The notes under the pieces: model-generated
What the model was told of the DNA's origin: nothing
Databases searched by the model: none
What the model saw: only the letters and a program-made list of their open reading frames with translations
Program-made: the position numbers and the translations under genes
Source of the DNA: a virus
Taxonomy: Duplodnaviria; Caudoviricetes
Reading direction: 5' to 3' (one strand)
Virus record (IMG/VR): IMGVR_UViG_3300025655_003190
Span: 1 to 52,216 of that record
Length of the DNA: 52,216 nt
Part shown: one piece after another, positions 19,942-29,864 of the stretch
Position numbering within the stretch: the first letter of the stretch is position 1
How the letters are laid out: every line of letters begins with the position of its first letter

Positions 19942-20679
19942 TTATCTTACATATACGCTGCCAACAGTACCACTAGTACTATCAACTTTCAAACGCATAT
20001 AGCTGTGTAAGCCTTCTACATTAATGTATTTTGTGTCTGAGTCTGCGCTGCCAAATGTAGCAGAAGTTAAATCATACCACTCTGTTCCGGTAGGTGAACC
20101 TTGTACAGTTACAGTACCTACAAATGAACTGTTTGTGTATTGTACTGTTTGTAAATATTGTTCTGGTTGCCATTCTGAACTGTAATTTGTTTGACCTGCT
20201 GTAAAACTTGGTAGGGTTATTTCTGAACTTGCTACAAACTCTGGCATTACTGCATCTTGAATATAGATTACACCTCGTGCTCCTGCATTGTCATCAATAT
20301 ATACAGGTTCTGTTAATGTTGAACGATTTACTGTAATAGAATAATTTGCTAATTGCGATTGTATATTGTCTAAATCTGATTCAACAATAGTAAGTTTAGC
20401 CTGGCCACGAGCAGCAACCACTGTTTCTAAGTCTTTAGTGAACAATAATTCTGTACCATCTCTGCTTATTACACGACAGGTAAATGTTAGTCCTGTAATG
20501 TCCACTGGCTTTTGATCCTGATTTAAAAATCTAAATAGGATAACGTTGTCTACGCCTTTCGAGGCTTTTAAGTTCTTACTAAACACTGGTTCCCACCTCA
20601 CATTGTGATAGGCTCCTGTGTTGTCTGATAACAACACTACCTGAGTCTGTTGATATAAATATGCTAAAGTTGAATACAT
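19942..20679 (-). CDS. Putative virion structural protein (BppU-N-like)
   Basis: FRFLNQDQKPVDITG...GQAKLTI pattern typical of baseplate upper-like domains; TAAATA at 20698-20703. Confidence 0.5.
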   Translation of the reverse strand: MYSTLAYLYQQTQVVLLSDNTGAYHNVRWEPVFSKNLKASKGVDNVILFRFLNQDQKPVDITGLTFTCRVISRDGTELLFTKDLETVVAARGQAKLTIVESDLDNIQSQLANYSITVNRSTLTEPVYIDDNAGARGVIYIQDAVMPEFVASSEITLPSFTAGQTNYSSEWQPEQYLQTVQYTNSSFVGTVTVQGSPTGTEWYDLTSATFGSADSDTKYINVEGLHSYMRLKVDSTSGTVGSVYVR

Positions 20680-20702
20680 ATATAAGAGCCTTTTAACTAT
20701 TT

Positions 20703-21080
20703 ATGGATACAGAGCTATTTGAAAAAATCACCGATAAGTACCCGTTCCTATCAATAGTTCGGTATGCAGAAAACGAACATGTTGGAATTATTTTAAATCA
20801 AGACTTACAAGTCACTACAATGTATGACTTTGGTAGTATCTACCACGATGATTTAAAACGTTTATTTCTAGAACTAGGCGAGACCTGGTGGTGGGAAAGC
20901 AATCACACCATTCCCATTAATATATTTTTAAAAGCAGATTGGGAAATATTTAAACCATATCTAAAAACTTTTAATAATAAAAATTTAGAAATAGTATCTG
21001 GGCAAGTTACGAGCCTTTCGGATTTAACCAAACATAAAAAGAAACGTAAGAGTATTACTCTTGTGCGGCGTGTTGATTAA
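20703..21080 (+). CDS. Hypothetical protein (WWWESN motif)
   Basis: 125-aa ORF divergent from the structural gene. Confidence 0.7.
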   Translation: MDTELFEKITDKYPFLSIVRYAENEHVGIILNQDLQVTTMYDFGSIYHDDLKRLFLELGETWWWESNHTIPINIFLKADWEIFKPYLKTFNNKNLEIVSGQVTSLSDLTKHKKKRKSITLVRRVD

Positions 21081-21615
21081 CGATATTCATATGTAATACT
21101 ACAAGATGTGCGTAGCTCACGGCATGAGCACGTTTAAATGTATACCCGTCATCTGTCTTATCCCATACCGTTTCAGACACTTCTTTCCATGGCTTGCCAA
21201 TAAGGTGTTTCTTTCCTGGTCTAATCATTGCTAAGAACATTGCCATTCGCGGGATAGAATTTACATCAAGATCCTTTAATATGTTAGCATAGTTGTTGAT
21301 ATGTATAATTTTTTCAACAAATTCTGGGTCGTGTAACTTGTGCCACGGTGGTTCTGTATTCATTAACTGGTCATAGTGCGCTTGATCCTTAATATGCTCG
21401 TACACATGAACATTAAGAAAATCAATCTTAAAGTATCCTAGCTCTTCTGCTCTTTTGTAATCAATACTTGCGCAATTACACACAGGATCCACAGGAATGG
21501 GTGTTACGTATACGCCCGAGTTATGTTTGCGATCCTGCTGGCGTGCCGGAATATGTTTAATTAGAGTAAGAATAGAACTTCTATCACCAAAGTCAATATC
21601 AATGTCTGCGCTCAT
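21055..21615 (-). CDS. dnaE: Minimal DNA polymerase III alpha (family C)-like protein
   Basis: DIDIDF, HNSGV, KIDFL, IRPG and YTFKRAHAVSYA match DnaE palm/fingers motifs in only 186 aa. Confidence 0.75.
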   Translation of the reverse strand: MSADIDIDFGDRSSILTLIKHIPARQQDRKHNSGVYVTPIPVDPVCNCASIDYKRAEELGYFKIDFLNVHVYEHIKDQAHYDQLMNTEPPWHKLHDPEFVEKIIHINNYANILKDLDVNSIPRMAMFLAMIRPGKKHLIGKPWKEVSETVWDKTDDGYTFKRAHAVSYAHLVVLHMNIVNQHAAQE

Positions 21616-22259
21616 AACTTTTGTATCCATTGTGTTAGTGAGATATTCAATTCCTGTTCGAGCTCACTAATCATTGTATAGAAAAACTGTTTATTATCTT
21701 TAGATAATTTTGGTCTTCTGCTTTTATATAGTGTAACATTTATCGGTGTTTTGTCAACCTTGATCGGTGCTGGAAGATCAAAATGAGTTGAATAACGATT
21801 TATAAAGTCTGTATCCGACAACTCGTCATACAAAAAAGTAGCAAACCGATCTTTAAAAAATTCTTTCCAGCGCCGCACAATTAGTCCAGGATGATTTCCG
21901 TGTTCCATCATAATAGGAACAGCAGAATTAAAGTCACCGGACGAATTAGTAAAATTATATAAACTCCATAACATATCCACTGGATCTCGAATAATTATTG
22001 TAGCTCGAACAGTTGCTATATCCGATAATTGCTCAATTAAATATCTATCAATAGCAAACATCGCTGGATTAAAATTAGCAGAATAGTTAAATTGACTATA
22101 CTGATTAATATATTCTTCTATACCTTTACCGTTGATTAACCATGCATTTTCTTTATCGCATCCAGATTGGTCAAACCAACGCTGTTTAATGAGGTTAGTC
22201 CATAACCAGCTAGATCCTGCTTTAGGATATCCAATATTAATAATATGTTGCTTTTTCAC
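21612..22259 (-). CDS. Sulfotransferase family protein
   Basis: IGYPKAGSSWL (5'-PSB loop) and IIRDPVDMLWS (3'-PB motif). Confidence 0.8.
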   Translation of the reverse strand: MKKQHIINIGYPKAGSSWLWTNLIKQRWFDQSGCDKENAWLINGKGIEEYINQYSQFNYSANFNPAMFAIDRYLIEQLSDIATVRATIIIRDPVDMLWSLYNFTNSSGDFNSAVPIMMEHGNHPGLIVRRWKEFFKDRFATFLYDELSDTDFINRYSTHFDLPAPIKVDKTPINVTLYKSRRPKLSKDNKQFFYTMISELEQELNISLTQWIQKL

Positions 22260-22672
22260 AGGTTCAACACATTTCGTATAATCGGTAAGTTGAATCTATA
22301 TTCTAGTGATCCTCTAGTATATAAAGTATTGGTATTAGACTCAATACGGCCGTCAAACCCATACATTGTACCAGAATAAAGAAATTTTGGTTGCGAGAAA
22401 AATTGATCAATTGTTAAGTTAACAACTTCTAACGGAAAATCGTTAACTACATCATCGTAGACACTCAATTGTAATATCACCGGGTATCTTGTATCAATGT
22501 TTGTAACATCAAAACTAGCAGAAGTTCCTGGGACCATATATTGTTTTACCAGACATTCAGACTGATTTTGCACAACTTTCGCAAAAATATCATATTCCTC
22601 GTAATCACCAATTACAGATTCTGCTTTTTGTGCTTTTGTAGTAATAGTGAGTGTAGTATACGGAGCTACCAT
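22256..22672 (-). CDS. Hypothetical protein
   Basis: 138-aa coupled ORF. Confidence 0.6.
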   Translation of the reverse strand: MVAPYTTLTITTKAQKAESVIGDYEEYDIFAKVVQNQSECLVKQYMVPGTSASFDVTNIDTRYPVILQLSVYDDVVNDFPLEVVNLTIDQFFSQPKFLYSGTMYGFDGRIESNTNTLYTRGSLEYRFNLPIIRNVLNL

Positions 22673-23370
22673 CCAGCCTTCCGAAGCATTTCTTTAACAT
22701 ATTCTTGATCAGCAGGATACTTATTAAAAATACGTTCCCACACTTCTGGATTAATGTATTCCCAAATTAACTGTTGTTGATCTGTATTTAAGTTTGTTAG
22801 GAAATCCATGCCTGAATCAGAATTATATATTACCCAAGGACTCAGTGTTCCTTTTGTAATAAGTTGACATACCCGATTTGCATTATTAAAACGTATAACG
22901 TCCTTAGGGTCTGCGTTTTTTTCTTCACCCCAATTGATGCTATATTCCATTGCTCGAACCAATGCACGATCAGCACGTTCTGACACTAACAAATGCATTA
23001 AGTATTCTTGATAGGTACTATCTTTAGCCCAATGGTCTAGTTTCTTGTTGTTTTTAATAACGTATTCAATAAATTCCGATACATTAATAGCGCCAATTGA
23101 TACACAATATCGTCCAAATTTAACAAATGCTTTATAGTAAGGACTTTTAGCAAAATCATCAAATGTTTTTAGCTTTGCCGAACCTTGTGTGTATTCAAAA
23201 AACTTTAGATATGCCTGGTACCCGATTTGAACTCCACGTTCATCCTTTTCCTGAAATCGTTTTTTCTGCTCGCAGACATGTACTGCAAGACTACTTTCGC
23301 GCTTGAATTCTCGCTCGCAATACTTACAGGTATATATATCAGTTGTTTCCGTGAAGTTTAATGTACTCAT
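22666..23370 (-). CDS. Hypothetical protein with N-terminal zinc finger
   Basis: CKYCEREFKRESSLAVHVC. Confidence 0.7.
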   Translation of the reverse strand: MSTLNFTETTDIYTCKYCEREFKRESSLAVHVCEQKKRFQEKDERGVQIGYQAYLKFFEYTQGSAKLKTFDDFAKSPYYKAFVKFGRYCVSIGAINVSEFIEYVIKNNKKLDHWAKDSTYQEYLMHLLVSERADRALVRAMEYSINWGEEKNADPKDVIRFNNANRVCQLITKGTLSPWVIYNSDSGMDFLTNLNTDQQQLIWEYINPEVWERIFNKYPADQEYVKEMLRKAGW

Positions 23371-23785
23371 TTACTTCTTTTTTAGTAACAAGTTTAGATA
23401 ATATTTCAATATCGCTAAGTTTAACAGAAGGAAATAATTCAGATAATTGCTTTTTAATTTCCGAGGACTTGTCTTCCTTCTTCTTCATTTGTAGCCATTT
23501 GTGTTTTTGCGGGCCAATGCCTGGAGCTGCTGCACATAACTCTAACCATTGCAACTTAGGATGCTTATTGATCTCATACCAGTTCTTGTTACAGTAATGA
23601 TTAGCAGCCGCTAGATAATAATGTTGAATTTCACGTGACCCTTCTACACTTGCTCCCCACTTTAACGCAAGAAAGGCACTAAAGCCCTTACGTTCTTCGT
23701 CGCTTAGATTATCATAAAAATCATAATCCTTGCGATCCATTGCCGCAAGCATTTTAAAAATGTCTAATTTAGCCGCCACCTTCAA
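23339..23785 (-). CDS. Putative clamp-loader small subunit (T4 gp62-like)
   Basis: Size and pattern (FLALKW...AANHY...HPKLQW...KHKWL) resemble gp62-type proteins; located in the replication region. Confidence 0.45.
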   Translation of the reverse strand: MKVAAKLDIFKMLAAMDRKDYDFYDNLSDEERKGFSAFLALKWGASVEGSREIQHYYLAAANHYCNKNWYEINKHPKLQWLELCAAAPGIGPQKHKWLQMKKKEDKSSEIKKQLSELFPSVKLSDIEILSKLVTKKEVNEYIKLHGNN

Positions 23786-24206
23786 TATTCCTATCTGGTC
23801 CTGTTAGTACATCCCACATACGATGCTTTTCTACTTCCTGCTCATATTCTGAACTGTCTGGAAGTTGATTAATTATACGTTCAACTTCGCGCATATGTTT
23901 GTTAAACATTTCTTTTAATTCTGGATGACGTTCTTCCATCACATAATCACGTTCCGGGATGTTTAGCACACGTTCAATGATTTTAATACGTTCTTCTATA
24001 TCCCAAGTACCTTTGTCACCGTGTACTTGGATACCTTTGGAAACATTTTTGTCGTTGTTAAGAGATATGTTACCCCAATTTAACCCTGCTGTGTTAATGG
24101 TATAATCATCATAATCATCATAGTTATACGGCACAGTAATAGTTACTGGGTTTCCATTTTCATCATCAATATCTACCATTGTTATAGTAATATTGTCGTC
24201 CTTCAT
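23769..24206 (-). CDS. Hypothetical protein
   Basis: Probable start MKDDNIT at 24206. Confidence 0.6.
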   Translation of the reverse strand: MKDDNITITMVDIDDENGNPVTITVPYNYDDYDDYTINTAGLNWGNISLNNDKNVSKGIQVHGDKGTWDIEERIKIIERVLNIPERDYVMEERHPELKEMFNKHMREVERIINQLPDSSEYEQEVEKHRMWDVLTGPDRNIEGGG

Positions 24207-24207
24207 A

Positions 24208-24711
24208 TTACCCCCAGGCTTTATTATAATCCACCACTTCGCAGTTGCGAGATACGTCTTTAATAAAGTAAACACATTCTGGATTCTCACCATCACTCAA
24301 TGGAACAGCCAGGTACTGTCCGTTCTTTAATTTAGGTGCATACCAAGAAACTTCATTGTATACATCTACAATTTCAATTGGAAGGAAAGTAGGAGCATAT
24401 GAGCTCAAGCTATTATACTGATATACTTTAAAGTCGCGATCATTTAAACTAGTTAAAGGTAATGCTTCAAGATCGCCAAGGTCATCTTCGCCAATTAGAA
24501 CAGACCAATCCAGCGGCATCTTAATTTGTTTATCGCCAATTTTTAATACAAGTGCCGGACTAGTAAATGATTCTAAAAAGATAAGCGGGATATAAAAGTA
24601 ATCTGGCTCATTTGGATCGCTATTGTCTAGAATAGCAAAGCGCATGTCATCTATTTCTTCTGGCAGCGTATCTAAATTATATGCTGTATTTTCTAGTGTG
24701 TGAATTCTCAT
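24208..24711 (-). CDS. Hypothetical beta-rich protein
   Basis: 167 aa with its own promoter; possible degenerate Hint-like fold (see findings). Confidence 0.7.
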   Translation of the reverse strand: MRIHTLENTAYNLDTLPEEIDDMRFAILDNSDPNEPDYFYIPLIFLESFTSPALVLKIGDKQIKMPLDWSVLIGEDDLGDLEALPLTSLNDRDFKVYQYNSLSSYAPTFLPIEIVDVYNEVSWYAPKLKNGQYLAVPLSDGENPECVYFIKDVSRNCEVVDYNKAWG

Positions 24712-24717
24712 GGTATT

Positions 24718-24746
24718 ATTATAGTATAGTTTAGTTCTGATTGCAA
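24718..24746 (-). promoter_or_regulatory. Sigma70-type promoter, likely leaderless
   Basis: TTGCAA-17 nt-TATAAT; ATG 6 nt downstream. Confidence 0.72.
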
Positions 24747-24747
24747 C

Positions 24748-26208
24748 CTATTTCCACTCGTACTTTTCTTGTGTAAACGGATAGTTTGCTTCTTTATAAA
24801 ACGCCTTGCGCTTAGTTAAATGTCGTTTGGCAAACTTACATGTTGAAGTTATGTCCCAGATTTGGACATGGTCTTTATCTTGTGCTTTTCGTATACCACG
24901 GCCAATGGACTGAATAACACGAACAAAAGACTTGCCAGGCTCAACAAGAACAAGATTGAAAATACGAGGAATATTAATGCCAACGGCAGCAACACCATAC
25001 GTTGCAACAATAATTTTATTGTCAGATTCTGAAATTTCATCATAATGCTCTTGTCTATCCTTTGCTTTTGTTGCACCACTTACAAATACTGCTCGGTCGC
25101 CTAAACGTTCTACTAAGTCAGTGCCGGCACTAACACGATCAACCAGCACAAGTGTATTACCTGACTCATTGATACTCTCGATCATTTGTGAGATAACGTT
25201 TAATCTATCTTGGTCACTTAACAAGAATTTAAGTTCTGCTTGGTAGTTGGTATGCTCTGCATGATCTTGTAACTGTACAATGTTAACGTGACAGTTGGCA
25301 AGTACACCCTTTTCTTGTAGTTCATTGGCAGCAATACGATTAATAACCGGGCCAATGCTTACATGCAATGCCTGAAACTCAAATAATTCCTTGGGGATGG
25401 TTCCGGTTAATCCCCAGCGTAGCGGAATCTTTGCCATTGGTCCTGTTAGTAGGGTTTTAAGTGCGTCTGCTTTTGCTTGATGCACTTCGTCGACAATAAC
25501 ACAAACAACATCCTCTAAAAACTCACCAATGGAAATAGGTGCTTGTTGATTACGTGTTGCTTTTAATAGCGAGTTGAGTGACTGCCACGTACAAATAGTA
25601 TGTGTCTTACCAAACTCTTTTCTATCACCGTAAAATACACCAACATCTAACTGCATGTTGATGTAATCCTTTTCGGTTTGTGTTACCAAACTTTTGTTGG
25701 GTACAATAACAATCGATCGTCCATACTGTTCAACACGCTGACTAAGAGCTGCTGTCATCAGTGTCTTACCGGCACCTGTAGCAATCTCCTGCAAGCTCTG
25801 TGGATTCTCCAGAAAGTTATTAACAACTTCAATTTGGTAATCACGTAATTCAATAGGCTGTCCTTCTGCTGGATGCCCTTTTGGCCAATGTACATGACCA
25901 AACGAATCTGTTTCTACACGTTCAAACTCAAACGAGGTGCGATAATCACGTTGATCGTCTAGAAGAATGTCATAGTTATTGTCTGCTAATACCGGAATGA
26001 TTTCCGGAAGCAAATTAACATAAGTGCTTCCGCCCATTTGAAAGAATGCTACTTTCCCATCCCAACGTCCTAGTCGCACTGCTGGCAAATAACGTGCGTG
26101 TGGTATTACATACTTAAACTGATTTACAAGTTTTTTTCGAATGTTAAGATCTAATCCTTCAATTTTAACATTCACTTCGTCTTTAATTACTAATTTTGCT
26201 CTAAGCAT
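24748..26208 (-). CDS. uvsW: SF2 DNA helicase, UvsW-like
   Basis: LRDYQ, ATGAGKT, DEVH, GLTGT, QSIGRGIR, HLTKRKAFY. Confidence 0.9.
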   Translation of the reverse strand: MLRAKLVIKDEVNVKIEGLDLNIRKKLVNQFKYVIPHARYLPAVRLGRWDGKVAFFQMGGSTYVNLLPEIIPVLADNNYDILLDDQRDYRTSFEFERVETDSFGHVHWPKGHPAEGQPIELRDYQIEVVNNFLENPQSLQEIATGAGKTLMTAALSQRVEQYGRSIVIVPNKSLVTQTEKDYINMQLDVGVFYGDRKEFGKTHTICTWQSLNSLLKATRNQQAPISIGEFLEDVVCVIVDEVHQAKADALKTLLTGPMAKIPLRWGLTGTIPKELFEFQALHVSIGPVINRIAANELQEKGVLANCHVNIVQLQDHAEHTNYQAELKFLLSDQDRLNVISQMIESINESGNTLVLVDRVSAGTDLVERLGDRAVFVSGATKAKDRQEHYDEISESDNKIIVATYGVAAVGINIPRIFNLVLVEPGKSFVRVIQSIGRGIRKAQDKDHVQIWDITSTCKFAKRHLTKRKAFYKEANYPFTQEKYEWK

Positions 26209-26896
26209 TTAACATACTCGCATAAGATTCAACCAACATTGTATTATACTCGTCTGTGGTTGTCAAGTGATGTGCTATTATATGATACCTATATTCTGCT
26301 GAATTATTCATAACACAATGTCTATTAGATATATCTAGTATATAAGCTCTGCCGGTGCTAAATGGTACCACGCCGTGATCCTCAAATACAAACTCGCAGC
26401 CTTGCGGTTGTGTTATAGCAATATTTACAGGACCAAGATGCGAGTCGGTTCCGTCACGGTGTAAGAAAATATATCCGCCAGGCGCAAGACGCATTATACG
26501 CAATCGTTTAAATGAATTTCCAAACCAATTATTCTTGAAGAACTCAACGGTTTTAGGCATAAGACTTAGTGCTTCCGGAGTCCAAATGTATGGACGATTG
26601 TCGTTGTAATATTCATCTTCGCGTGTGCTGTCATAACTTTTACCGTGAATGCAAAAACTAGTCCATCCTTGGTGTTCTTCGTAATCTTCGCGATGATCCA
26701 CTAATAAATGTTCTACTTTTTTAATCTCCAAAAGTATCTGATCGGTTGGGATATCTACTGATAGTGGCATATATGGCATTCCACTTTGGCGTAGAATCCA
26801 GTCGCTAGTGATACTGTTGGGTTGAACAATATGTGGCGGTTGTCGATCTCGACAACGGTCAATGATCATTTTTGTTAATTTTTCTTTTGAAACCAT
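26201..26896 (-). CDS. 2OG-Fe(II) oxygenase, aspartyl/asparaginyl beta-hydroxylase-like
   Basis: RIMRLAPGGYIFLHRD (HxD), HCVMN, RYHII. Confidence 0.78.
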   Translation of the reverse strand: MVSKEKLTKMIIDRCRDRQPPHIVQPNSITSDWILRQSGMPYMPLSVDIPTDQILLEIKKVEHLLVDHREDYEEHQGWTSFCIHGKSYDSTREDEYYNDNRPYIWTPEALSLMPKTVEFFKNNWFGNSFKRLRIMRLAPGGYIFLHRDGTDSHLGPVNIAITQPQGCEFVFEDHGVVPFSTGRAYILDISNRHCVMNNSAEYRYHIIAHHLTTTDEYNTMLVESYASMLNA

Positions 26897-28025
26897 CTAA
26901 TTCTTCTATTGTACTTTTTAACAACGTGTACTTATATGTGTCAATGTTTGATTTCCACGTATAGCCTTCAGGAACTCCATACTGGTCTACCCAATCGATG
27001 ATATTTTTATTATAAAAATTTACAGTCTTGTGTTTAGACGCTTGCCATTTTTCAGTGAAATTTTCAATTTGATGTGCTTCTAACTGCTTTTTAAATTCGT
27101 AGTTAACTCTATCAACAAATAGCTGACGCTTTTTTAATTTTAATTGTTCTTCTGTGGTTAGTGCTCGTTGGTCGCCTAGTTGTAAATGTTGTATATTGTG
27201 ATTGCGAATAAAATCAAAAACATACTCACCAAAATTGTTACCATCCCAGTCTTCCCATAAACTCTTTGTATATTTGATTTGCGATATACTAATATCTACA
27301 ATATTTAAACATTGCACAGTAGGTTGCAAGATTGTAAATATCCAGAACATTCCTGATCCCGGACAAGTTACTGTCGGGGTTATTGCCGGAACCCACTCTT
27401 CGTTATTAAACACCCATAATTGACTTTCGGCTAGTTGTGTATATTCTTTGTTAAACTCTTTCCAGCGTTCAAGCTGCTGAAGATCATACAAGAAACTTTT
27501 ATTCATTCGAGATGTTTGGTTCCAATTGACCACTGTTCCTGTTTTCTCTAATACTTGTGCAATTAATTTCTCACCAAACTGTACTCCTGAAATTTTCCGA
27601 GACCCGTTTCCTCGACTAAGCATCAACGGCGTATAGTCATGATGTATGTTCTGTTTGCTACGTACGGCAACCGGAGCCATTGATGGGCCAGTATCAAATG
27701 ATTCGGCAGTTATTAAACTGAGGTCTACATAGAAACATTGGTCGTCAAGCCAAAAGTATTCGCAATTCAAAGGATCAACAATGTGCCCAATTAATCCGCG
27801 GTGCGGATAATTATCAAGCAAAGATAGAAACTGGTCAAAATTCTGGAAAACTGTTCCGCTATTAATAAAAAGACCGTATCTTTCGCCACCTGATACTGCT
27901 TTTTGATAACCATCCTTCCAGTTATCAACGATAATTAACTCGCGTTTAACTTGAGTCCCCCAATATTCATATTGTAACGAAGCTAATGTATGGTTTAGAT
28001 TCGGACCTCTTTTTACAACAATCAC
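26859..28025 (-). CDS. Hypothetical protein
   Basis: 388-aa ORF with a HHDYTP motif; no confident family. Confidence 0.65.
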   Translation of the reverse strand: MIVVKRGPNLNHTLASLQYEYWGTQVKRELIIVDNWKDGYQKAVSGGERYGLFINSGTVFQNFDQFLSLLDNYPHRGLIGHIVDPLNCEYFWLDDQCFYVDLSLITAESFDTGPSMAPVAVRSKQNIHHDYTPLMLSRGNGSRKISGVQFGEKLIAQVLEKTGTVVNWNQTSRMNKSFLYDLQQLERWKEFNKEYTQLAESQLWVFNNEEWVPAITPTVTCPGSGMFWIFTILQPTVQCLNIVDISISQIKYTKSLWEDWDGNNFGEYVFDFIRNHNIQHLQLGDQRALTTEEQLKLKKRQLFVDRVNYEFKKQLEAHQIENFTEKWQASKHKTVNFYNKNIIDWVDQYGVPEGYTWKSNIDTYKYTLLKSTIEELDGFKRKINKNDH

Positions 28026-28834
28026 AATCTTGTAATCCTGTCTGGAAATTGATTATTTTGAAATCTATTAACTAACAAGGATACATTGTCAACAGTCCCA
28101 ATTGGTATAACCGTGAACATTTCTTCCGGTCTCCAGTTATTAATTTCCCAATGCTGCGTCCAGCATTGCCGATACTTCGCAAACCAGTTATTAAAATCTT
28201 CCCAACGCCTGTTCTCAGCGTGATCTATGTCAACAACACTAATATAAATGTTTGGCTTAAAGTATACCCAAGGTTTTGCTAACTCGCATAACCGTTTACA
28301 ATTGTCTGGTTCGCCGTCGATGAAATAGTTGTATGGGGTTTTACCTAACTCTTGCCACTGTACGAATACCGTACCTTTGGTTACCTTTGTGGTGCCAAAT
28401 TTAAGCCAAGTACGGTCAAATGGTGTGACTAGCATCCCTGCCTGTTCGCGATAATCGAAATTTATATCAGTCACATCGTCATTACGCAGTAACATTTCGG
28501 CCATGTGAATTGATTCATGAAATTCTAACCAGGTCGGATCACCATTATAGTTCTTTTCGTATATCTCGTGCCAACAATTTAAATCTTGCTGGGTGACTTT
28601 ATAGTTGGCATCTACAGTTAGTCCAAGTCGATGCGCCGCTTGTTGCACGTTAGTTAATGACTGATCTAATTTATAATGGTCTTGGTCAAAAGGGTTATCG
28701 TAAGTATGCGATTTGAAATCAAATTTCAAATGTTGTAGATGTTTATAATATCGATACATTGCATGAGCAGCAGGAGTGTCGTTCAACGCAATATCAATAT
28801 CTGTGTTATTATTCCAGTGTATCGTTAGTTTCAT
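28022..28834 (-). CDS. Hypothetical protein
   Basis: Trp/His-rich ORF (HEIYE, HESIH, ELGKT). Confidence 0.65.
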   Translation of the reverse strand: MKLTIHWNNNTDIDIALNDTPAAHAMYRYYKHLQHLKFDFKSHTYDNPFDQDHYKLDQSLTNVQQAAHRLGLTVDANYKVTQQDLNCWHEIYEKNYNGDPTWLEFHESIHMAEMLLRNDDVTDINFDYREQAGMLVTPFDRTWLKFGTTKVTKGTVFVQWQELGKTPYNYFIDGEPDNCKRLCELAKPWVYFKPNIYISVVDIDHAENRRWEDFNNWFAKYRQCWTQHWEINNWRPEEMFTVIPIGTVDNVSLLVNRFQNNQFPDRITRL

Positions 28835-29858
28835 TTTTAGCAATTATAACAATTTTTTTAGCACTACTACATAAAGAATCAAAAACAGGTATATCGTACA
28901 TCGACTCTTCTCTATAAATCAGACAATCTATTCCTTTATCTAACATGTTTGTACTTGAAATATACCAACCACTATTCATTGCCATATCTTTATTAACCAT
29001 TACTTCTAAGCCTATATCCTTGCTGGCCACAGCCCAGGTTACATTGTTTGTTAACTTAATCCATTGATTAAGTACATCAATTTCATCTTCTCTCATGGTT
29101 ATAACACGGCAAGATGCAAAATGTCCTAACTGAGATCCGTAGTTGTGTATCATATAATCAAATAAAGTTTTGCCAATATCAACCCCTAGCCCAATTAGGT
29201 TGTGTATTGAGTCAAGAGATATCGTATTTTCTGGTAACGAATTTAGCAATCCATCATTTATATTACTTACAATATATCCATTGCCGTACATTTCAGCAGT
29301 TGGTATCCAGTTATTTTTATCTCCGATGATCCCATCTGCAAGCGTTTGCACAGATGGGTCAATGTCAATCTGATTTGTTAAACAAAACTCATATAAGTCC
29401 CGTACCAATGCCGGACGAACCTGTCCAGCCCAGCGGCGCTGCGTTCGCTGCCATCGGAAAGAGTCTGACCCAACGAATATGCCATCGTGATTACATTCGG
29501 ATAGCATATCTTTTAAATTCTTAATTGTTGATTTATTAAATGGAAATTTCAAATAAATTTGATTGTCTTCTATCCAAAGCAACGGAGCATAGCTAGGATC
29601 AAAATCAACTGGAGAATTCTGCCATGCCAAATCTAAAAATAATTCTTCTGAAAATATACCATTGCTTTCGGCATAAATCTGTTTACGATACTTATGTACA
29701 ATGTGTTCCCATAGATTATTTTGTTTAATTGTTAGCGATCTGTTATCTGCTAAGAATCTAGCGACATTTTCCATAAAGTTAATATCGTAACGAGAGAAAC
29801 GTAAATTTTCTCTCATCCACAAATGAGCAGAATCTCTGTCTACAACTTTCCTTATCAT
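28809..29858 (-). CDS. Hypothetical protein
   Basis: 349 aa with its own promoter. Confidence 0.65.
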   Translation of the reverse strand: MIRKVVDRDSAHLWMRENLRFSRYDINFMENVARFLADNRSLTIKQNNLWEHIVHKYRKQIYAESNGIFSEELFLDLAWQNSPVDFDPSYAPLLWIEDNQIYLKFPFNKSTIKNLKDMLSECNHDGIFVGSDSFRWQRTQRRWAGQVRPALVRDLYEFCLTNQIDIDPSVQTLADGIIGDKNNWIPTAEMYGNGYIVSNINDGLLNSLPENTISLDSIHNLIGLGVDIGKTLFDYMIHNYGSQLGHFASCRVITMREDEIDVLNQWIKLTNNVTWAVASKDIGLEVMVNKDMAMNSGWYISSTNMLDKGIDCLIYREESMYDIPVFDSLCSSAKKIVIIAKNETNDTLE

Positions 29859-29864
29859 AATAAT

